Positions 26,422-32,820 of a stretch of 32,820 nucleotides of DNA are shown one piece after another. Position 1 is the first letter of the stretch; each line of letters opens with the position of its first letter. The stretch spans positions 1 through 32,820 of the forward strand of contig DSDS01000011.1 of assembly GCA_011048585.1 (NCBI GenBank). Reading direction: 5' to 3'. Made by a program: the position numbers and the translations under genes. The notes under the pieces are model-generated. The model searched no databases, was not told the DNA's origin, and worked only from the letters and a program-made list of their open reading frames with translations. Origin of the DNA: Desulfurivibrio alkaliphilus (GTDB lineage: Bacteria > Desulfobacterota > Desulfobulbia > Desulfobulbales > Desulfurivibrionaceae).

Positions 26422-29400
26422 TCAGGCCAGGGGACAGCGGCGGCCGACACACTGCTTGTTGGCGGCGGCCTGTTCGCATTTGAACCTGGCCGCCGCCAAC
26501 AACGGAACCGGCAGCAGTTCCCGGGAGATGGCGGCGGCCTCTTTCAAAGCGACCCAGGCCTCCCGCTGGCAACAACGAGCTCCGCTGATCCGCGCCACCG
26601 CCCCCAGCACCCGGGCGGTAATCTCCTGAACCCGACGGCGGGGTTCCGGAGTCATGGGGGTGGCGGCCAGCAGGACGCTGAAGGCGATCCCCACCCCCAC
26701 CGCCGCGCCACAGTTGCCCCAGAAACCGCAGACCCCTCCCGGCACCCTGGAACCCCGTTCGATTCCGGTTAAGATGGACTCCTTGTCCAACTTGCCACCG
26801 CGATTGCGATAGGTGGCCAGGATCACCCCCGGCACCAGGGCGTGGTGCTCGGGCCCGTGCATGGGGATCGCCGGATGGCGGCGGATCTGGGCCAACAGGG
26901 CCAGCATATCCTGCTCCCGGGTCTCGGCGCAGATCACCCGGATGGCGGAAAGACCGTCACGCTGATGACAGTCGTCGCAGATATAGTGACCCTGCGCGCA
27001 CGCTGCGTTGCTCTGTTTCCGTCCCCCGCAATAGTAGCAGGAGTACTCTCGCTGATCCCGGTCGTAGACGATCTCTCCCCCGCAAACCAGGCAACCGGCC
27101 CGATGGCGGGCGGCTTTCACCTCCGCCGGAGCGGGGCAGCAGCTGCCGCCCACCAAGTCGGGCAGGTCCGGCCCGTTCGTCGGCCCGGTAACCGGAACGG
27201 CCGAATCGGGCAGGATTTTCTCCGGCGACGGGGAGGGAAAGGGGGCACAGCAGCCGCCGCCCAAGGCCAGATTGGTCACCGCCCCGGCCCCGTCAACCAC
27301 AAAGATCGATTCGTCCCGCCCTTCCGCGGCGCCCAGGGGCAGCGCCACCCGTTGCCCCTTGCGCAACAGATATCCCTCCTCGGTGAGTACGGCGGCAAAT
27401 GGCCCCCGGTAGATCACCTCCCGGGACGGCTCCGGCTCCGGCTCCGGCTTGTCGGCGGCAAAGGTCAGGGAGTAGAAGCTGACCCCCTCTTCCCGGCGAT
27501 AGGGGAAGCGCTTAAGCAGGCGGGTACCGGTAAAACGGCAGCCGGCAAGCATGGCCAGAAGCTCCTCCTGCCGCATGGCCCCCCCCAGACATTCACCCCG
27601 GAATCGCTCACTGTTTTTAATCTTCAGCGGCACCGCCCCATCGGTGATGACGTCGGAAACCACCAGCCGTCCGCCGGGCTTGAGTACCCGGTAAATTTCG
27701 TGAAAAACCCGGCGCTTGTCGGGACTGAGATTGATCACGCAGTTGGAGATCACCACATCGGCACAACCATCGGGCAGGGGAATTTTTTCCAGAAAGCCCA
27801 ACCTGAATTGGAGGTTATCATAACCTAGCTCCCGCACCACCGCCGCCTTGGAGTGGTTGGCCAAAGCCAGCATCTCGGCGGTCATGTCGATGCCGTAGAC
27901 TCGGCCGGCAGCCCCCACGGCCTTGGCGGCCAGAAAGCATTCCACGCCGCTGCCGCTGCCCAGATCCACCAACACCTCGCCGGCCCGAAGGGCGGCATCA
28001 TGCACCGGACTGCCGCAGCCATAAGATTTGCGCCGCGCTTCCTCGGGAATGAAGGTGGCCAGGGCCTGCTCCGGCGCCAGAGGGTTGGCGATATCCTCGC
28101 GGGCGGACCGGGCGGCGGCGGCATAGAACTCCCGGACCTGGCCGTGACCCCGCTCCGCGGCCAAGGAGATCACGCAGTTGCAGTGGGTGAAGGCGACCTC
28201 ACCTCCGCCGTCGGAACAATCATGGCGCAGATCGCCCATGGTCAGCAGCAGGGCGGGCTTCTCCTCCGTCCCCTGACTCCGGGGGTAGCCGTCGGCCTGA
28301 CTGGCCATCAACCAGAGGGCCAGCCCGTTGTAAAGTTCCAGATAGGGATCGTGACCGACCAGCTCACCGCCGGCTAGATAACTGTGGTCCAGATCCCCGC
28401 CGCCGACGATGAACCTCAGCGGATTCCGGCGCCAGGCTTCACTGTCCAGCAGGGAGGAGGCCCGAATCTTCCGCAGCACCGGGCTTTCCCGCCACACCCG
28501 GCCCAACCCCTCGCCCAGGGATCCGCAAGCCAGTGCGGCGACCCCCACCAGGGCCGGAGAGGGATAGATCCGACCGTCGGGCCCCACGGCCAGCGATTCC
28601 CAGGCGGTGTTGGCCAGGTCATAACGGGTGCCCGGCGAGGAAAAAACCTGGGCCCGCAGGGTTTCCACGTTATCGATCAGCACCCCGCAACCCTGGGCCC
28701 GCTCCTGGGCCTCGAGCAGCCGGGGCAGAATCTCCGCCGGGGGCACAAACTGCTCCCGGCTGCCCTGGCCGCGGACAAAATGCCAGAGCAGATGCAGGTT
28801 GGCCACCCCCTGGGCGGCGGCAAAATCCACCAAGTCCGCCAGTTGCTCCACGTTCTCCCGGTTCACCGCCACCGCCAGGGTGGCAGCCAAACCATGTTGC
28901 CGCAACAGCTGAAGCGCCGCCACCAGCCGGCTGAAGCTGCCCCGGCCCCGCAACTGATCGTGGCGCTGCTCCAGGCCGTCCAGGCTGATCTGCAGATGCA
29001 GACGCTCCCGGGGCAACCGCAACAGTTGAGGCAGTTGCTCTTTAAGCAGCAGCCCGTTGGTCAGCACCACCACGTGTTTTTCATCAGCGGCCAGCAGCTC
29101 GCCAAGGATGGCGGCAAAATCGGGGTAGGTAAACGGTTCACCGCCGGTGAAGTAGAAGAGATTGCACCCCAACCGACCGGCTTGCCGTAAACCCTCCCCC
29201 AGCAACTCCCCGGGCAGGGTTTCCGCCTCACGTCCCGGCCGGGAGGCAAAAAGGCAGTGGCGGCAGGCCAGATTGCAGTTGTTGGTCAGGTGAAACCAGC
29301 ACTCCTTAAGGGCGAGGGGGACTGCCGACCCTCCCTCTCCAGCCCCCCGGACACCATCTTCGCCGGCTAGGGCCTCCAGCCGACCCCGGTAGGGCGTGGC

Positions 29401-29637
29401 CGGGCCGTCGAGACGGGCACACAAGCGGCCCGCGGCCACCAGCTCGGCAGCCAGCCCTCCCCCGCCGGCGCCCCTCCCTCGGCCGACGGCGCAGACCGCC
29501 TGCTCCAGGGTGCCGGCGGCCTGCAGGGCTCGCAACAGCTCATCGGCCCGATCATTGGCCACCACCCAATCCGGTTTTTCCGGATTGATATAGATCGCGC
29601 GGCCGGCATATTCCAGCCGCTGCCAGTCATCAAACAT
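26422..29637 (-). CDS. Multidomain radical SAM / SPASM-like / ArsM-type methyltransferase / Cys-rich DUF5714-like protein
   Basis: CNLACRHC, FTGGEP, LTNG, QISLDG; SYGCGSP, DLGSGSG, GIDMT, ISNCVINL, LKPGGRL, GECLGGA; CC pairs; CLVCG..CYYCG..HYICDDCH, HGPEHH, CGFWGNCGA, RCC. RBS AAGGAGGTG. Confidence 0.9.
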   Translation of the reverse strand: MFDDWQRLEYAGRAIYINPEKPDWVVANDRADELLRALQAAGTLEQAVCAVGRGRGAGGGGLAAELVAAGRLCARLDGPATPYRGRLEALAGEDGVRGAGEGGSAVPLALKECWFHLTNNCNLACRHCLFASRPGREAETLPGELLGEGLRQAGRLGCNLFYFTGGEPFTYPDFAAILGELLAADEKHVVVLTNGLLLKEQLPQLLRLPRERLHLQISLDGLEQRHDQLRGRGSFSRLVAALQLLRQHGLAATLAVAVNRENVEQLADLVDFAAAQGVANLHLLWHFVRGQGSREQFVPPAEILPRLLEAQERAQGCGVLIDNVETLRAQVFSSPGTRYDLANTAWESLAVGPDGRIYPSPALVGVAALACGSLGEGLGRVWRESPVLRKIRASSLLDSEAWRRNPLRFIVGGGDLDHSYLAGGELVGHDPYLELYNGLALWLMASQADGYPRSQGTEEKPALLLTMGDLRHDCSDGGGEVAFTHCNCVISLAAERGHGQVREFYAAAARSAREDIANPLAPEQALATFIPEEARRKSYGCGSPVHDAALRAGEVLVDLGSGSGVECFLAAKAVGAAGRVYGIDMTAEMLALANHSKAAVVRELGYDNLQFRLGFLEKIPLPDGCADVVISNCVINLSPDKRRVFHEIYRVLKPGGRLVVSDVITDGAVPLKIKNSERFRGECLGGAMRQEELLAMLAGCRFTGTRLLKRFPYRREEGVSFYSLTFAADKPEPEPEPSREVIYRGPFAAVLTEEGYLLRKGQRVALPLGAAEGRDESIFVVDGAGAVTNLALGGGCCAPFPSPSPEKILPDSAVPVTGPTNGPDLPDLVGGSCCPAPAEVKAARHRAGCLVCGGEIVYDRDQREYSCYYCGGRKQSNAACAQGHYICDDCHQRDGLSAIRVICAETREQDMLALLAQIRRHPAIPMHGPEHHALVPGVILATYRNRGGKLDKESILTGIERGSRVPGGVCGFWGNCGAAVGVGIAFSVLLAATPMTPEPRRRVQEITARVLGAVARISGARCCQREAWVALKEAAAISRELLPVPLLAAARFKCEQAAANKQCVGRRCPLA

Positions 29638-29769
29638 AATTAAGCACCTCCTTACAGATCATCAGGCCCCCAACCTACGCAAAAGCCAAATCCCGGTCAA
29701 ATAGATTATAGCGATGGGTGCGGCCAACTGTTATCGGCAAACACCGCGGCAAACGGGCCGGCTCCGCCC

Positions 29770-30441
29770 CTACTGCCCGTTATTAGGCAACCTGAAGGAC
29801 AGCGATCTGCTCAGCAGGTGATGACTCAGGCTCTCACTGGCCCCGACGCTCCGCCGCCGTAGTGATTTCTGAAAGAAAACGTTATTGGGAACTTGCACCA
29901 GGAACTCCGGCTCCGGTGGAGGAGGAGGCGGCGCGGGAGTAACCGCCGGCGAACCCGGATCCGCCTCCGCTAAGGGTTGGGGAGGAGTGGGAATTTCGGT
30001 CAAGGTGGTATACATCAGATTAAAACTGCGCACCCGGCCGCGCAGCCCTTTGTCACTGCCGGCCGGCTCGATCACCTCGATCTCTTCGCCGACCCTAAAG
30101 GCCCCGGTGGCGGCCAGCAGCAGGGCGCACATCACGTTGCTCAAAACACTCCAGACCGCGATAAAACCGATGGCCACCATTCCGGCCACGGTCAACAGCC
30201 CGGCCAGGATATGGGGCAAGCCCATCCCCAACTGCTGCAAGACCAGGACGGCCACGATAATCGTACAGAGCCAGCGGATCGAAAGCTTGGCGATCACATA
30301 GGTGGCCTGATTCAGATACTGGTGCCGCAGTAGCAGTTTCAGGACGCGCTTGGAACCGAAATATAGCAGCAGGCCCAGTACGATCACCACGACAATCCCG
30401 AACAACCCCAGACCAAGACCGACAAAATAGTCTCGACTCAC
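29770..30441 (-). CDS. Small-conductance mechanosensitive channel (MscS) family protein
   Basis: Three TM helices, [47 protein letters not shown] overlap with rmuC. Confidence 0.85.
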   Translation of the reverse strand: MSRDYFVGLGLGLFGIVVVIVLGLLLYFGSKRVLKLLLRHQYLNQATYVIAKLSIRWLCTIIVAVLVLQQLGMGLPHILAGLLTVAGMVAIGFIAVWSVLSNVMCALLLAATGAFRVGEEIEVIEPAGSDKGLRGRVRSFNLMYTTLTEIPTPPQPLAEADPGSPAVTPAPPPPPPEPEFLVQVPNNVFFQKSLRRRSVGASESLSHHLLSRSLSFRLPNNGQ

Positions 30442-31937
30442 CGCTTTTCCTCCCCGCTCACATCGACTTCGGCGCCGTCACCGGCAACCCCTGCCGCGTC
30501 GCCTCCGCTCTCGCCGCTCTCCTCGGCCAACTGCAGCACCCGGGGCTGGAGATCGAGGGCTTCGGGGCTCTCCAGATCCTTACCCATGGCCGGATCCAAC
30601 TCCTTGAGCTTGCGGGCGGTGACCAGCACCCGGCTCTCCAGCGAGCCCACCGCCCTGTTGTATGACTCCACCGCCACCCCCAACCCCCGGCGTACCGCGT
30701 GAAAATGGCCGGCCAACACGCAGAGCCGATCGTAGAGCAAGCGCCCCAGCTCGCCGATCTGGTGGGCATGCTCGGCTATCTTCTCCTGGCGCCAGCCGTA
30801 CGAGACCGCCCGCAACAGGGCGATCAGGGTGGTGGGGGTGGCCAGAATCACTCGCTGGGCCACCCCGAACTCGATCAACTCGGGGTCCTGCTCCAGGGCG
30901 GCGCTGAAGAAATTCTCCCCGGGCAGGAAGAGAACGACAAACTCCGGGCTGGGCTGAAACTGTTCCCAGTAGGCCTTGGAAGAGAGCTGGGTGAGATGGG
31001 TGCGGATCTGGCGGGCATGCTCCCTGAGCTTGAGGCGGCGCAGCTCGTCGTCGGGGGCCTCGATCGCCTCCAGATAGGCCGAAAGAGCGGCCTTGGAATC
31101 GACCACAATATGTTTGTGATTGGGCAGCTTAATCAACAAGTCGGGCCGCAGGCGACCGGCGGGACCCTGTACCGATTCCTGCTCGATAAAATCACAATAC
31201 TCAACCATTCCGGCCATCTCCACCACCCGCCGCAGCTGGATCTCGCCCCAGCGGCCCCGGGTGTTGGGGGTCCGCAGGGCCCGGACCAGGTTGGCGGTCT
31301 CCCCCTGGAGGCGGAGCTGGCTGGTGGCCAGGTTTTTCACCTGCTCGGTGAGTCCGGCGTAGGCGTCGACCCGCTCCTTCTCCACCAGCCGCAACTGGCT
31401 GTCCACCTTCTGCAGGGACTCCTTCAGGGGGGCCACCATCTCCTGGATCGCCTGGCGACGCTGTTCCAAGTCGCCGCTGGCCTTCTCCTGCAGGCGGCTG
31501 AAGGTGGCCTTGGCCAGCTCCAGGAAGGATTGGCTGTTCTGCTGAAAGATGTCCCCGGAGAGGGCCTTGAAGGCGTCGGCCAGCTCCTTGCGGGCCTCGA
31601 TCAACAGGGCCTGTTTCTCCTCGGTGATCTTGCGCTCACCCTCCAGGCTGGTGGCCAGTTCGGCCACCCGACCGCTTAAGACGACATTTTCCGCCTGCTG
31701 GGCCGCCAGCCGCCGGTTGAGCTCCTCGATCTCCCCACAACTCACGGCCAGGCGCTGATCACGCCCCGCTACCCGCTCCTCCCAGAGGGCCTGGTCAGCC
31801 CGGGCCCGGGCCTCGGCGTTTTCCAACAGACGCTCGCGGAACCAGGCAAAGCGCCGACGCCAATAAACCCAGACCGCGCCCGCCCCGGCCAGCACCCCCA
31901 GCAAAACCCCCAAACCCAGATAAGCCGCCATCGGCAT
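30438..31937 (-). CDS. rmuC: DNA recombination protein RmuC
   Basis: N-terminal TM and coiled coil, [12 protein letters not shown]...[25 protein letters not shown]. Confidence 0.95.
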   Translation of the reverse strand: MPMAAYLGLGVLLGVLAGAGAVWVYWRRRFAWFRERLLENAEARARADQALWEERVAGRDQRLAVSCGEIEELNRRLAAQQAENVVLSGRVAELATSLEGERKITEEKQALLIEARKELADAFKALSGDIFQQNSQSFLELAKATFSRLQEKASGDLEQRRQAIQEMVAPLKESLQKVDSQLRLVEKERVDAYAGLTEQVKNLATSQLRLQGETANLVRALRTPNTRGRWGEIQLRRVVEMAGMVEYCDFIEQESVQGPAGRLRPDLLIKLPNHKHIVVDSKAALSAYLEAIEAPDDELRRLKLREHARQIRTHLTQLSSKAYWEQFQPSPEFVVLFLPGENFFSAALEQDPELIEFGVAQRVILATPTTLIALLRAVSYGWRQEKIAEHAHQIGELGRLLYDRLCVLAGHFHAVRRGLGVAVESYNRAVGSLESRVLVTARKLKELDPAMGKDLESPEALDLQPRVLQLAEESGESGGDAAGVAGDGAEVDVSGEEKR

Positions 31938-32127
31938 GATCTATCTCCATCTCGCTCTGAAAATTCGGCACCCCCGGTCAGTGCCAGCTATAATTCCTGC
32001 CGCATCCTACCACAACATCACCGCCACGGCTTGCCTTGACTTTTACGGCTAAAAACGGCACATTGCCCCGATTGCTAAAATCGGTTTTCAATCCCATCCA
32101 TTCATCATATCCAACGGAGCAAAAAAG

Positions 32128-32787
32128 ATGCTGAAAGACGGAGAAAAAGGCGCGGTAATGCAGCGCGACAAGGAGTCATACGCCATTGTCCCCCACCTTC
32201 CCCTGGGCCTGATCACCCCCCAGCAGCTGCGGCGGATCGCCGAGGTGGCGGAAAAATACCAGACGGCGGCAATCAAGGTCACCAGCGCCGCCCGCATCGC
32301 CATCGTTGGTTTGAAGGAAAAGGATATCGACGCGGCCTGGCGCGATTTGGAGATGACCCCCGGCGCCGCCGTGGGCCTCTGTGTGCGCAGCATCAAGACC
32401 TGCCCCGGCAACACCCTCTGCCGCCTGGGCCAGCAGGACTCCATGGGCCTGGCCGGAGAGCTGGATCAGCGCTATCATGGCCTGGAGCTGCCGGGCAAGG
32501 TCAAGATCGGCGTTTCCGGCTGCCCCAACCAATGCGGGGAGAGTTCGGTCAAGGATATCGGCTATATCGGCAAGGTCAAGGGCTGGACTATTGTGGTCGG
32601 AGGCAACGCCGCCTCCCGGCCCCGGCTGGCCGAGGTCCTGGTGGAGGGGGTGGACACCGCCCAAGCCCAACTGATCACCGCCAATATCCTCCAGTATTTC
32701 AAGGAGGAGGGTAAAAAAGGTGAAAGGATCGGCCGGTTCATGGATCGGGTCGGTTTCGAGAATTTCAAAGAGCGGGTTTGTCGATAA
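32128..32787 (+). CDS. Low-molecular-weight nitrite/sulfite reductase-type siroheme-[4Fe-4S] protein (alSir-like)
   Basis: GAVMQRDKESYAIVPH, CPGNTLC (CX5C), LPGKVKIGVSGCPNQC (CX3C), GERIGRFMDRVG. 219 aa. Confidence 0.85.
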   Translation: MLKDGEKGAVMQRDKESYAIVPHLPLGLITPQQLRRIAEVAEKYQTAAIKVTSAARIAIVGLKEKDIDAAWRDLEMTPGAAVGLCVRSIKTCPGNTLCRLGQQDSMGLAGELDQRYHGLELPGKVKIGVSGCPNQCGESSVKDIGYIGKVKGWTIVVGGNAASRPRLAEVLVEGVDTAQAQLITANILQYFKEEGKKGERIGRFMDRVGFENFKERVCR

Positions 32788-32792
32788 ATAAC

Positions 32793-32820
32793 TTGACAAG
32801 ATTGCAGCCCGGAGATATAC
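32793..32820 (+). promoter_or_regulatory. Sigma70-type promoter for a gene beyond the window
   Basis: TTGACA-17 bp-TATAC; the -10 is cut by the window edge. Confidence 0.55.

Noticed and set aside
24827-26629. 600-aa plus-strand ORF, and similar long antisense ORFs at 875-2086, 3841-5316, 12001-13029, 13320-14672, 23213-24415, 26842-27828 and 30699-31679
   Set aside because: They lie antisense to well-supported genes, carry no recognizable motifs, and are expected shadows of GC-rich codon usage.
27425-27448. (TCCGGC)n tandem repeat
   Set aside because: A short in-frame PEPEPEP linker in the fusion protein, not a contingency locus or array.
1-32820. CRISPR arrays, tRNA/rRNA genes, prophage or defense islands
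   Set aside because: I saw no regularly spaced repeats, cloverleaf signatures, integrases or phage genes. The helicase tail at 1-417 is too incomplete to assign to a defense system.

Overview
GC-rich chromosomal window, probably from a sulfur-cycling Desulfobacterota (Desulfobulbales/Desulfurivibrio-like). This taxonomy is inferred from gene content: octaheme Otr, HdrC-MvhD-MetV, metal-LID adenylate kinase, low-MW sulfite reductase-like protein. It holds about 30 CDSs, mostly housekeeping or metabolic: helicase tail, bactofilin + M23 peptidase, Smr, P-type ATPase, htpX, feoAB, purEK, adk, DEAD-box helicase + RRM protein, a five-gene hydrolase/desaturase/rhodanese operon, nitroreductase, kdsD-gap, otr, MscS, rmuC. 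I found no rRNA, tRNA, CRISPR array or intact mobile element. Highlights: (1) a 1071-aa fusion of radical SAM, Cys-depleted SPASM-like, ArsM/AS3MT-type methyltransferase and Cys-rich DUF5714-like domains, a candidate one-protein organoarsenical or metalloid biosynthesis enzyme; (2) a ~22-bp hairpin right after the DEAD-box helicase stop codon that buries the SD and start of a 37-aa ORF; (3) an Smr gene coupled to a small KOW-like ORF; (4) an internally deleted IS remnant whose end abuts a doubly deleted ABC-ATPase pseudogene; (5) a minimal hdrC-mvhD-metV unit. All family assignments come from motif recognition by eye; no database searches were run.
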